A stretch of DNA of 62,840 nt from Pseudomonadota bacterium. GTDB lineage: Bacteria; Bdellovibrionota; Bdellovibrionia; Bdellovibrionales; SG-bin7. Shown in pieces: positions 37,536 to 47,570 of this stretch. The notes below the pieces were generated by a model. It saw nothing but the letters and a program-made list of their open reading frames with translations. It was not told the DNA's origin and searched no databases. Every line of letters starts with the position of its first letter. The first letter of the stretch is position 1. The DNA lies in the NCBI GenBank assembly GCA_034439715.1, contig JAWXAY010000007.1:1-62840 (forward strand), read 5' to 3'. Position numbers and translations under genes: made by a program.

Positions 37536-38254
37536 TGAGATTTGTCATATCAGTGATTCTTTTATTTTCGTGCCCAAGTGACCTTTGGGCAGAAACACGA
37601 GTAAGGCGTATTGCTGTGCAAACGGATCAAATCGTAACTGTAAGAACGGCTTTGGGAATTGCAACGATCATCCAAGTACCGGATCGCCCCAACAGCGTTG
37701 TTGTGGGCGATCAAGAAGCGTTCAAAGTCGAATACTTAGACCAAGCAATTACGATTAAGCCGCTTCACGGCGGTGCAAATAGTAATCTTTATGTTTACAC
37801 CGACTATCAGCGCTTCAACGTGGCACTGGCGACGGGGGCACAATCGATTGCTGACTATGTCGTGTACCTCGAAAATCTAAAAGAGAAAGTTAAGGAACCA
37901 AAGCCAACACTAGTTTGGATGAGGTTTAAAAATATTTTAAAAAACGAAGCGATCACTCTAGAAGTAAAGCGACTTGGTAGAGCAAAAGACGGCGTTTTGA
38001 TTGTTGAGTTTTTTCTGCGTGGCTTGAAAAAAGAAAGCATCAAACCAGAATGGATTTGGCTTACCCAAAGTGGTGCGACAAAGCCGATTCAAAATCTATT
38101 TCTCTCTGGTCTTGAGGTGCGCCCAGGAGAAAGCGTGCAAGGTCTAATGCAGATTTCAAAATCCGACATTGATGAAGAGGCACCTATTCGCATTGAGATG
38201 AGAAGAAAAAAGATGTCCTTTCTCAGTATTCCAAAGGTGGTTTCATGGAAGTAG
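37535..38254 (+). CDS. VirB9/TrbG-like outer core protein
   Basis: VRTALGIATII, VVVGD, IKP, SNLYVYTD. Confidence 0.75.
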   Translation: MRFVISVILLFSCPSDLWAETRVRRIAVQTDQIVTVRTALGIATIIQVPDRPNSVVVGDQEAFKVEYLDQAITIKPLHGGANSNLYVYTDYQRFNVALATGAQSIADYVVYLENLKEKVKEPKPTLVWMRFKNILKNEAITLEVKRLGRAKDGVLIVEFFLRGLKKESIKPEWIWLTQSGATKPIQNLFLSGLEVRPGESVQGLMQISKSDIDEEAPIRIEMRRKKMSFLSIPKVVSWK

Positions 38255-39213
38255 TAGCAATCAAAGAGCGTCTTTCAAAGATTCTTTTGAAAGAGGCGCT
38301 CCCTCTTACAAAAAAGCGCGATGTGAACTGGTCTGCGGTTAAGAAATTTGCAGGAATAGGTATCGGATCTGCGGTGCTTGTCTTGCTGGTAATGCCGACA
38401 CCAAAAGAAGAGCAGAAAACATTTCATGAGAAAACAGAAGGCGGAACTACAGCGCAATCATTTGCTCAAGAAAATAATCCAACCCAAGACGCCCTTGCGC
38501 AGCTTCAGGCCGCGAGAACCAATGTTGGAGCGGTGCCTAACTCCCTTGATTATCTGTATCAAGGGAGTAGCGGATCTGGTGCAGGTAAAAGCCAAGATCG
38601 AAATAGCTCGATGATTCTAACCCGTGGAGGACTCGACTCGAAGACGCAGCTTTCTTCAGGTTGCCGAATCAACGTTCGGCTACTTCAGACAGCCATCGTT
38701 GCTAATCAAGCGATGCCTGTCATTGGCCTGGTCGCAAATGATGTAATTCAAGAAGACAGCGTTGCCATTCCTCAAGGATCAAAACTCTTAGGTGATGTGT
38801 CTTTTGATGAAAGCACAGAGCGTGCACAAATCAGTTGGAAATCTATTCAGTTTCCTGACGGCAAAGAAAGGCAGATTGCTGCAATTGGCGTAAGCCCAGA
38901 CGGTCAAGTCGGTGTTGAAGGAAAAGTTCACTCCGAAGCACTGAAAAATATCGTAGGCCAAACACTCACTCGTTTCATTGGAGCCTATGCAGAAGGTTCG
39001 ATGCAAACAGGAGCCTTCGGTGCAAACCAAGGTGGCAGCGAAAATGGAATGAAAAAAGCCGTTGCTGATACAGCTAAGGATCGAGCCGAGGCATGGGGTG
39101 AGGACATGAAAAAGGAAAAAAAATGGATCGAACTTAAAGCGGGCTCGGAATTCTATGCCGTGATTACTCAGACGTTTGTATTTCGCGACCCAGGAGCAAC
39201 CAATGGCCGATAA
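38245..39213 (+). CDS. VirB10/TrbI/TraM-like core protein
   Basis: TM, linker, IPQGSKLLG, RAQISW..I.FPDG, DGQVGVEGKV. Confidence 0.8.
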   Translation: MEVVAIKERLSKILLKEALPLTKKRDVNWSAVKKFAGIGIGSAVLVLLVMPTPKEEQKTFHEKTEGGTTAQSFAQENNPTQDALAQLQAARTNVGAVPNSLDYLYQGSSGSGAGKSQDRNSSMILTRGGLDSKTQLSSGCRINVRLLQTAIVANQAMPVIGLVANDVIQEDSVAIPQGSKLLGDVSFDESTERAQISWKSIQFPDGKERQIAAIGVSPDGQVGVEGKVHSEALKNIVGQTLTRFIGAYAEGSMQTGAFGANQGGSENGMKKAVADTAKDRAEAWGEDMKKEKKWIELKAGSEFYAVITQTFVFRDPGATNGR

Positions 39214-40855
39214 AAAACAAGACAACCAAGGCAGCGATCACTTCGTTTTCTGTGCAGTCGGAATAGTGCTACTTCTAATTCTCCTCGATAAATTTGAAAA
39301 ATGGTTTCGAATGTGGATCACAACTGAAAATCACCAAATAGTTCTTGCCGGAACATTTGGCTCTTTCATTGCTGTTTTTTGTTATTGGGTGACAAAAAAA
39401 CATCAGGCAGTGACAGATCGGCGAAAGCGCGAGCGTGCTGTCATCGGAAAAGAGAAAGACGACGGCTCTGTCTATTGCGGTAAAACAGAGAAAAACGAAG
39501 GTGTTTACATCAAGCCTCGTCAGCGTGGAATGCACACACAAGTTGTCGGCACAACGAACGCTGGTAAAACAGAGTCCGTCATACTGCCTTGGGCAATCCA
39601 AGATATTGAGCAAGGTCGTGGTCTTCTTTTGATTGATGGAAAGGCAGACAGGAGCCTGCTCGATAAGCTCTGGGCTTATACTGTAAAAGCTGGTCGAAAA
39701 AAGGATTTTCGTCTATTTTCGCTTAGTAATACCAATGAATCACTTTCATTTAATCCACTTTTGGGAGGAACGGCAGAAGAAATTACCGAACGTGTTTTCA
39801 ACGCTTTTGAATTTGAGAATCCGTTTTACAGGAGTGTTCAGTACGAAGTTCTTGCTCAAGTGCTTCGTATTTTTGAAGCTGCAAAAGTAACGCCCACGTT
39901 TTTAAAACTCCATCAGGCGATATCTAATCCAGCTAAATTAGATAAGTTGGTTGAAAACTGTAACGATGTCGCTCTCCAGGATTGGGTTTTGTACTTTACC
40001 AATCTTGCTGGCAGTGAGCGGGATCAGCGAACTTCTGGCCTTACCTCGCAGTTGAGCCATTTTGCGTTTGGAAAAGCTTCGCTGCTTTTCAATCAGGACA
40101 AACCGCACATGACGATTGATGAGGCTCTAAAGAATAACAAGATCGTTTACTTTCAGCTACCGGCACTCTTATCCCCGTTCCTTGGCAAGGCGACAGGAAA
40201 GCTTGTATTGCAGTCACTTCAAGCAGCGGTAGCTAATCGGCATCGTTCAAAAGATAAAAATCAAAAATTCTTCTCCGTCTTTTTAGATGATTTTTCAGAA
40301 TACCTATACCCAGGATTTGTGACTGTTCTTAACAAATCCAGAAGTGCAAATGTGGGCATCGTATTTGCGCATCAGGCTCTTGGCGATATTGAAGCAATGG
40401 GCGACTCAGTCGCGAATGCAATCCTAACGAACTCCAACATAAAGGTATTCATGCGCGGTAATGATCCGAACTCAGCTGAGTATTTTTCAAAAGTAATCGG
40501 CACAAACGCCACTATGAAATTCACCGAAAAACAAAAAGTTGGAATTTTTAGAAATGAAAAAACTGGTGATGTGTCTGCGCGTGAAGCGGAAGAGTTTATC
40601 GTGCATCCGAATCACTTCAAGAGAGAGCTGGGCGTAGGGCAGGCCATCATGGTTGTGCCGCATGATGATGGGGCAAGGACGATTCGATTAAAGTTTGATC
40701 GATTTCCAGATTTGGAAGCTAAGGCAATTCCAAAAACTAAACACCCGACGCCAGTTGTTTTAGAGGCCTCTGAGAATTTTAAGAAAGACAAAATGAAAAA
40801 GGCAGAGCCCGCAATGTTGGACGTAATTAACCAAAACAAAAAGGAGGTTGCATGA
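39203..40855 (+). CDS. virD4: VirD4/TraD type IV coupling protein
   Basis: Two TM helices, GTTNAGKT, IDGKAD, FLDDF, SRSA, AHQ. Confidence 0.88.
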   Translation: MADKKQDNQGSDHFVFCAVGIVLLLILLDKFEKWFRMWITTENHQIVLAGTFGSFIAVFCYWVTKKHQAVTDRRKRERAVIGKEKDDGSVYCGKTEKNEGVYIKPRQRGMHTQVVGTTNAGKTESVILPWAIQDIEQGRGLLLIDGKADRSLLDKLWAYTVKAGRKKDFRLFSLSNTNESLSFNPLLGGTAEEITERVFNAFEFENPFYRSVQYEVLAQVLRIFEAAKVTPTFLKLHQAISNPAKLDKLVENCNDVALQDWVLYFTNLAGSERDQRTSGLTSQLSHFAFGKASLLFNQDKPHMTIDEALKNNKIVYFQLPALLSPFLGKATGKLVLQSLQAAVANRHRSKDKNQKFFSVFLDDFSEYLYPGFVTVLNKSRSANVGIVFAHQALGDIEAMGDSVANAILTNSNIKVFMRGNDPNSAEYFSKVIGTNATMKFTEKQKVGIFRNEKTGDVSAREAEEFIVHPNHFKRELGVGQAIMVVPHDDGARTIRLKFDRFPDLEAKAIPKTKHPTPVVLEASENFKKDKMKKAEPAMLDVINQNKKEVA

Positions 40856-41304
40856 ATAATAAGAAATGTAACTTTTATTATTTTGCACTCATTTACTTGA
40901 TCGCGTTTTCACTCGCTATTGTGGGGTGCGCGACACAGAGCAAAAGCATCGGCTTTGGGGGTGCCATTGGAGCAGGAGGCGGCGCGATGCTTGGAGGCAT
41001 AGCTGATCCTGGAAAAAACGGCGAATACAGAACTCGTAATGTCATAGTTGGAGCAGCCCTGGGTGGCATGGCGGGTATGGTCGCTGGCTCCGTTATCCAT
41101 GAAAATACTGAAAAGCAAAAACAGGAAGCCTTTGCGAAAGGCCAGGCTTCGGCTCCTAAAAAAAGCCAAGGCGAAATGCCGAGCCTAAAGAATCCGAAAG
41201 TTGAGGCTCGCTGGGTAGATGCCAAGAGTGCTGGAAATCGTTATATCGAGGGACATTGGGAATACATAATTATCGAACCCGCACGCTGGAACGGTGCCGA
41301 ATGA
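40852..41304 (+). CDS. Glycine-zipper lipoprotein
   Basis: Lipobox IVGC; GGAIGAGGGAMLGG...GAALGGMAG. Confidence 0.7.
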   Translation: MNNKKCNFYYFALIYLIAFSLAIVGCATQSKSIGFGGAIGAGGGAMLGGIADPGKNGEYRTRNVIVGAALGGMAGMVAGSVIHENTEKQKQEAFAKGQASAPKKSQGEMPSLKNPKVEARWVDAKSAGNRYIEGHWEYIIIEPARWNGAE

Positions 41305-42062
41305 AATACGAAAGCGGCCAAAACATACCCGATCATGTAGCTGATGCCCTAAGGTTAACTGGAAAAGTTGGCTTTCTAAGCCACGCCTTGTGGCGAGATT
41401 GTTTTGCCGAGAAGTACAATCTCCGTTGGCAAAGAAGGCAACTTAGAAATTTAGTAAAAGAGAAAATCCTGCGAGATTACGCAAAAACTTTAAACAACTG
41501 CTACTTCGTATTGAGCATTAAGGGACGTCGACTTCTGGAAGACGAAAATAGAAACGTCGTGAAGCCATCACCATTAAGCCAACTTCTACATGACGAAAAT
41601 GTCGCCCGCTCACTCATCAACTTAGATAAGTCTGGACTGCTTGTGGGCTGGAAAACAGAAAATGAACTCAAGAGCACTCAGGGTAAAGTATTTCAATTAA
41701 ATCGGGATGCCAGAAACAAGAAATATCCCGACGCTGTTCTTAAGATAAATACGCATGGAATCGAAAGAACGATTGCCATCGAATACGAGAGGACCAGGAA
41801 GTCTGCTGGGCGCTACAAGAAAATCCTGTGGCTATATTCTAGGTCGATGGATTTCGGCATGGTGGTTTTTATTTGTGAGAACAAATCCATTGAAACCGCA
41901 ATTAGAGAAAAGTTGAAATACATGCAGTTGCCAGATTTACTTAAACGAGTGGCGTTTGTTCAAAGTGCCAAGTGGCAGATTGACCCTGCGAACGCGCCAC
42001 TTGAACTGGGAAACAAGGTTTTTACTCTGAAAGAAATTTGTAGAAATAAAAAAGCCGTATAA
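41301..42062 (+). CDS. Replication-relaxation (Replic_Relax) family putative relaxase
   Basis: N-terminal wHTH-like region, LLHD, YPDAVL, IAIEYERTRKS..RY; next to VirD4. Confidence 0.7.
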   Translation: MKYESGQNIPDHVADALRLTGKVGFLSHALWRDCFAEKYNLRWQRRQLRNLVKEKILRDYAKTLNNCYFVLSIKGRRLLEDENRNVVKPSPLSQLLHDENVARSLINLDKSGLLVGWKTENELKSTQGKVFQLNRDARNKKYPDAVLKINTHGIERTIAIEYERTRKSAGRYKKILWLYSRSMDFGMVVFICENKSIETAIREKLKYMQLPDLLKRVAFVQSAKWQIDPANAPLELGNKVFTLKEICRNKKAV

Positions 42063-42065
42063 AGA

Positions 42066-42260
42066 AAAGGTGGCCCTCGGGGTGGCCCTAAGCAGGGCTA
42101 CCTTTGAGTGAAGTATAAGTAAGTCGTAACTACTGAAAGACAAACAGTAAAAACGGCCACCACCACCCTAAGTCCGCCCTGTATCTGCTGCTGACCCCTC
42201 CCACCCAACGAGTTGGTTGAAAGGGGTCAGCAGCAGAGGGATAGACAAGGGTGGTGGTGG
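42066..42260. other. Candidate oriT / structured GC-rich region
   Basis: IR 42066-42077/42094-42105; nested perfect IRs 42157-42169/42248-42260 and 42184-42199/42222-42237. Confidence 0.5.
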
Positions 42261-42276
42261 TAAATAAGGAGATATT

Positions 42277-42729
42277 ATGGATAGTAAAATTTTAAATAAA
42301 AAAAAAGAAAACGAAGAAAAGACAGACGAAATTAGGATCAGAAAAAAGCGGGTTCGTAATGAAGATCAGTTCCGGGTGTATGTGAATCAAGAGGCATGTG
42401 CGGTTCTAGAAACAATGGCTAAGCGTGCTAATGAGGGATTCGATGGCGGCGAGATCACCCGTCACGACGTTGCTACACATGTTGTAATCGCCAACAGTAA
42501 ATCATTCTCTGACTCTGATATCAAATCGCTCCGAAATTTGAATTTTAACGAGAGAAAGATGCTACATGCGCTCTTACGCAATTCTGGAGCCAAGGGAGAG
42601 CTTCCGGAGGAGATTAAGAAGGCACTTCGTGAACACTATGGCATTACTGAAAAAGAAAAAAAGCGCAGCTCCAAAAATCACATTGAGTTATCCACAGAAA
42701 AAATTGGGGATAACTCTACAGCTGCCTAA
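42277..42729 (+). CDS. Basic hypothetical protein (possible relaxosome accessory)
   Basis: RBS AAGGAG; FRVYVNQEA..LE strand-helix pattern reminiscent of RHH proteins. Confidence 0.65.
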   Translation: MDSKILNKKKENEEKTDEIRIRKKRVRNEDQFRVYVNQEACAVLETMAKRANEGFDGGEITRHDVATHVVIANSKSFSDSDIKSLRNLNFNERKMLHALLRNSGAKGELPEEIKKALREHYGITEKEKKRSSKNHIELSTEKIGDNSTAA

Positions 42730-42817
42730 AAAGTGAATTGATCGATGATATATTTATAAATAGCAGAGACATTTAACTTCCACACAAGCCTTGAATGGCG
42801 CAGCTTTTGGGAGTAAT

Positions 42818-43045
42818 ATGAGTCCTAGAAATAATGTTCTAGAGCTTAACAACTCTTCGTTCTTTGACAATCGAATAGACCGCGAGTGGCTTTCTACAAG
42901 AGAAGCAGCTCAATTTTTTTCAATCACCGAAAATGCTCTCAGAATCATGGTTCATCGTAACCAGATTCATGTGTACAAATTCGGAAGACGACTTCGTTTC
43001 AAGTTGAGTGACTGTCAGGCGCTTTTCCTTTTGAAAGGAGCCTGA
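42818..43045 (+). CDS. Excisionase-family HTH protein
   Basis: WLSTREAAQFF.I....LR......I..YKFGRRLRF. Confidence 0.8.
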   Translation: MSPRNNVLELNNSSFFDNRIDREWLSTREAAQFFSITENALRIMVHRNQIHVYKFGRRLRFKLSDCQALFLLKGA

Positions 43046-43046
43046 T

Positions 43047-44156
43047 ATGGCAATCAACCCTTATCTCGTAAATGGAAACAAGTACTTCGCAGTGTATGTA
43101 AATGGATTCGACTCTCGTGGGCAACGCATCCAGCGTCGCAAACGAGGTATCGACACTCTTAGAAAAGCAGAGACCATAGAGTTTGAACTCAAGCGTGAAC
43201 TTGCAAAACTCAAAGAAGAAGCAACTTCATACAGGTGGTCTGAATGGTTTGAAGAATGTCTCAAGCGAATGAAACTGACCCAACGGCCCTCTACAGTAGA
43301 GGGTTACGACAAGCAGTTAAGAAAGTGGGTCAGTTCAAGATGGGGACATTTCGAACTAAAAAAGATCACCAAGATGCAGGTTCACAAACTTGTGTATGAG
43401 GAAATAGATGCAAGTCTATCTCCCAACACAAGGAGAACAATACTCAAGATGGCTCGTCGGGTGTTTCAAATGGCAGTGGAAGAAGGCATTCTTGACCGCA
43501 ACCCCTGTGTGGGGATTCAAGTCAATGTGCCCGAGGTAGATGCAAAGGTGCTAACCAATGCAGAAGCCGAGACCTTCCTTCGAGAAGCACGACGAACTGG
43601 TCACAGATTTTTTCCGATGTGGTTTTTGGCCCTGGCGACAGGGTGCCGCTCGGGAGAGCTGATGGCTCTTCGCTGGAGTGACATCGACTTTGAAACTCGT
43701 ATTCTCTCTGTTTCTAAACAGTGGACGAACAAAACGGGATTTGCTCCTACCAAGACGCAGAGAAGCCGTGTGGTTCCGATTTCAGAAGACTTGTCTCGGT
43801 TTCTAAAAGAACTGAAGCTCAAGCGTGGATCGGAGAGCGAGTTTATCTTGCCGCACCTCCTCGAATGGGAGAACGGCGAGCAGGCACGCATCACAAGGGA
43901 GTTCTGTGTGGCTATCGGGATCACCTCCGTTAAGTTCCACGACCTACGTGCAACCTTCATAACCAACCTGTTGTCGCGTGGTGTGTCGCTAGCTCAAGTC
44001 ATGTCCGTCGTAGGACATAGCCAGCTAAAGACCACTAACAGCTATCTCAGGAAGGCAGGGGTAGAGGTTCGAGGAGTGACAGACAACCTCGGCTACAAAC
44101 TCCCTGATGAGGTTATAGAAACACAGGTGCTCTCTTTTACAAGAGAGGCCCAATGA
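43047..44156 (+). CDS. int: Tyrosine recombinase/integrase
   Basis: TGCRSGELMAL.W.DIDF, KT, HDLRAT, VGHS, YL catalytic residues. Confidence 0.92.
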   Translation: MAINPYLVNGNKYFAVYVNGFDSRGQRIQRRKRGIDTLRKAETIEFELKRELAKLKEEATSYRWSEWFEECLKRMKLTQRPSTVEGYDKQLRKWVSSRWGHFELKKITKMQVHKLVYEEIDASLSPNTRRTILKMARRVFQMAVEEGILDRNPCVGIQVNVPEVDAKVLTNAEAETFLREARRTGHRFFPMWFLALATGCRSGELMALRWSDIDFETRILSVSKQWTNKTGFAPTKTQRSRVVPISEDLSRFLKELKLKRGSESEFILPHLLEWENGEQARITREFCVAIGITSVKFHDLRATFITNLLSRGVSLAQVMSVVGHSQLKTTNSYLRKAGVEVRGVTDNLGYKLPDEVIETQVLSFTREAQ

Positions 44157-44231
44157 GTAAAATGACCAAAAAACGTATTGCTACTTCTTGCTACTCGCAG
44201 TATTCGATTAGTAGTTATAACAACTACTTAC

Positions 44232-44254
44232 GGTCGGGGCCGTCACCCCGACCA
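44232..44254 (+). other. Attachment site, tRNA-Pro 3'-end-like
   Basis: GTCACCCCGACCA resembles a tRNA-Pro acceptor end; GGTCGGGG-ccgtca-CCCCGACC symmetric core 75 bp after int. Confidence 0.65.
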
Positions 44255-44298
44255 ATTCTATCCTGTCGGATCTATGGACTTTTAGCCGATAGATAACT

Positions 44299-46507
44299 GT
44301 GAAACTTTATTCTTATCTACTAGTCTTAGGTATTGTCTGGGCTGATGCCGCTTTTGCTCAATTGAATCTGGCTCAGAAAATCTATGAAGATATTAAAGAA
44401 TTCGACTGTGGCGAAAGTTCTTGGGACGAAATCCGCGAGTTATATTCAATAAAAAAATAAAGGCTGTCCACCGCCCCAAATTGACCCACAAAAAAATGCG
44501 GATGCTATCTTTGACCAGGCCTTTTTCTCGATGGTGGCCAAACTCGAAAGCTCAAAATTACATTGTCTCGCAAATGAAATTGAACTCCTAATTGAAATGG
44601 AACCGCTAAGAAGTCAGCAAGTCGATCAAATGTGTAGCGTCCTACCACAGTTCATTGATTCGCAAAAAAACTTCAAGAGGAATGAAGAGTTACTAAAAGT
44701 CTATCGTAACGTCAACGACCACACTCTAAGGCCAATTTCTCAAAGTGAAAGTGAAAAGAACAAGGAAGCGATTAATTATTTAGAGAATAGACAAAACTAT
44801 TATGGCGCATTGGGATTAACAATTCAGGAAAACACGCAGCTGTTAACAAATCCGGTCATTAAACAGTTTGTTAACAGCTTGATAGCTAAAAATATTTCCG
44901 AGAAAGAAATATGTACGAAGTTAAAAAGTGAGACCACCAGCTTGCTGAAAGAATCCCTTGTAGAATTAAAAAAGTCACAAGAAGACTTATTGAAAATGGA
45001 AAAGGATGGGCCAACTGATGAGGTGAAATCTCTACTATGGAATTCAGCAAGTAGAGATGATTTCTTAACCCTACTTGCCCAAAAAGACGAAGCCCTCGCG
45101 AAAAAAACTTCCTGCCAAATGGAAGCCAGATACGATAGAGGACTTATACTTAAGAATAAACTAGTAACAGTGTTTAGTGTGGGTTCTGGCTTAAGTTTTA
45201 TTGGGCCTGGGCGAGTGGCTGCTGCGCTTTACGCTAGTCGAGCTAACTTAGTCGCCCGCACTCTAACTGTAGGGGTATTTTCTCTAAATGCTATGCAAAC
45301 TGCTGGTTATTTTACCGAAGCGATCGAAAACGCCTGCTACAAGGACAAGCCGAAAGCCACAGCTACAAGCTCGTGCGATCAGCTTTCTCAAAACCAAAAG
45401 ATTTCTTTGATGTATCAGAGGAACGAAGAAAGCAGTTGTGCACTTCAGACTGGATTAGCTTTATTCAATGGGGCAGCCGCAGCAGTAGGATTAAGCGGCA
45501 TTAATAAAATCTTTTCAGGAAGTTTAGCTCAAGAAATTGGAAGCGCTAATGGATTGACGGCACAATTGATCTCAAAATACGGTTTTAGGGATTTTATCCA
45601 GGTAGCTAAAATAGAAAGTACGCCCATTGGAAAACTAATAACTGTTAAGCGCAAGCCAAATGTTTCTGAATGGGCGGATAGCAAGATAAGAGGTCCTGAT
45701 CCTGTGTTTAATCCAAATATTACGGTCGACAATCTTGGACCTGCAGCAAATAAAATGGGATTTTCGAAGAACTCCGAAGAGGTTACGATGCCCTACACAG
45801 ATTACTATAACGCTAGGATTAAATCCTATAATTCAAAAGTAAGCAATAAGGATCGCCTATCGACTTCGTATTATGAAACCAACGTAAACCCTACGGATGG
45901 CAAATATTATGTAAAAAAATTCGTCAATGAAGGAGCGTTGCCCATTGGACGAATTAGAAAATCATCATTATTGAATACAGACCATTTGGCCTTACATGAT
46001 ATTACAGCTCATGGTACTGCTATCACTATTCCACGTGAATTCACAACTACCGCTCAAAAATCTTATTCAGCAATTCTCAAGTTCGAAGATTTCATTAAAG
46101 CTGAGAATCCAACTCTTTGGAGTAAGATAACCAGTGATAGGAGATTTGAAAGAGTCTACAAGTATATTGATAGTGAGATTGATGGTTCCACCGGTAATTG
46201 GACTCTTTTAATAGAAGCAATGAGAAATGGTGATAAAGCAAAGGCGGCTCGTTTCATCAATTTTCTTAGAGTGAGCTTTCTTAAAAATAAAACTGCCAGT
46301 GAACAATTCGACGAAATACTCACGCAGGGTCGAATTCACCTCGATCCCAATTTATTGAAATTGGCCAAAGAATATAAATTGACCTTCAATTCAACAATGC
46401 ACAAAAAACCAATGGGTAACGCCGAAGCCAACGACTCTGTCATTGTTGATTACTTATACAAAAGACATCTCGAGACATTAACAAAAATCGAGAAACAAAA
46501 CTTTTGA
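44299..46507 (+). pseudogene. Large secreted hypothetical protein split by a frameshift in an A7 run
   Basis: 44299-44460 encodes a signal peptide and joins the 658-aa ORF if one A is removed at 44451-44457. Confidence 0.55.
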
Positions 46508-46603
46508 ACCTTACAAAACAGGTTCAAACGGTAGTCAGAGAGTGCCCCACCAAAATATCGGGGGGATAACTTTGGCAGAAAAAACGTTAATCATTTAGTG
46601 GGG

Positions 46604-46969
46604 TTACTGTAAAGGCTCTCTTCTTAGCTCTTCTATTTCACCAACACGACTACCATTCTCATCATAGCGGACAAGAACAAAAACATACTCGGGGTCTTCT
46701 GTGTACCTAAGTTTAACCTCATTCAAGTAACCAAGTACTTTTGTTTTATTCCGAACAATAAATAGTTTGATCGACTCAACATCAAAATACCCGTCACCCA
46801 TTTCGAAGGCCACATCGACTTCCTCAAGAATACTATTTATGACACGCTTTTGGGTTTCGCCCTTGACGACATAAACTCCTTTGTCGTTCGGGTACTTACT
46901 CTCCAAATCATTAGCAAATACCGTGCTAGCAGTAAAAATGACCGATATAAATAATCCTACCGCTTTCAT
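46604..46969 (-). CDS. Secreted hypothetical protein
   Basis: Signal peptide VFA; acidic. Confidence 0.7.
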   Translation of the reverse strand: MKAVGLFISVIFTASTVFANDLESKYPNDKGVYVVKGETQKRVINSILEEVDVAFEMGDGYFDVESIKLFIVRNKTKVLGYLNEVKLRYTEDPEYVFVLVRYDENGSRVGEIEELRREPLQ

Positions 46970-47166
46970 AAAACCCCTTTTTATCTTGCTGAAGAGCTAC
47001 CACGATTCACTTATAGAGCAAAATCAGATTGCTGCATTGAAAAATGTTTAGCCTTTTTAACTTTCACTTAATTAATTTTTAGTTAAAAATTGCATATTTG
47101 TGGTTTTTTCTATAGGTTGGACAGAGTCAAAAGCAAGCAATTTGATACTTGAGGAGGGTTTATAAA

Positions 47167-47565
47167 ATGAAAATACCAAAATTAGTAATGTTACTTTTAT
47201 TTAGTACAGTAGCGGCATATGCGGAGACATCTATTCAATCTGATGCGAAAGCAAAGGCCAAGGCACTTTCATATGTTATTGAACATAGTTCTGAGTTAAC
47301 GCCGATTGGCGATGTGCGTGACAATGAAATTGTGAGTGACATAATTACTCACATTCTCCAAAAAGGTGAAAATAAACGTATTTCACAGAGCTGTTCTATA
47401 AGTAAAACCCTCAGGCATCAGGTCATGTCCTGTACTCTACTTGCTGAAACCCCGATATCTGAACAGGCTCTGTCTTACGAATTACGCGTTCGTTATGATG
47501 ACAGTACCCTTAATATTTATGGCTTTAACAAAACCGATGTAGAGATTACTCGCGGCGGCCCTTAA
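47167..47565 (+). CDS. Secreted hypothetical protein
   Basis: RBS GAGG, signal peptide AYA, two Cys. Confidence 0.65.
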   Translation: MKIPKLVMLLLFSTVAAYAETSIQSDAKAKAKALSYVIEHSSELTPIGDVRDNEIVSDIITHILQKGENKRISQSCSISKTLRHQVMSCTLLAETPISEQALSYELRVRYDDSTLNIYGFNKTDVEITRGGP

Positions 47566-47570
47566 CGCAA

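Larger units (their letters stand above)
1..44254. mobile_element. Integrative conjugative element (right part; left boundary outside the window)
   Basis: T4SS operon, VirD4, relaxase, xis and tyrosine integrase, followed by a tRNA-3'-end-like att sequence at 44242-44254; metal-resistance cargo to the left. How far left the element extends cannot be seen. Confidence 0.8.
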
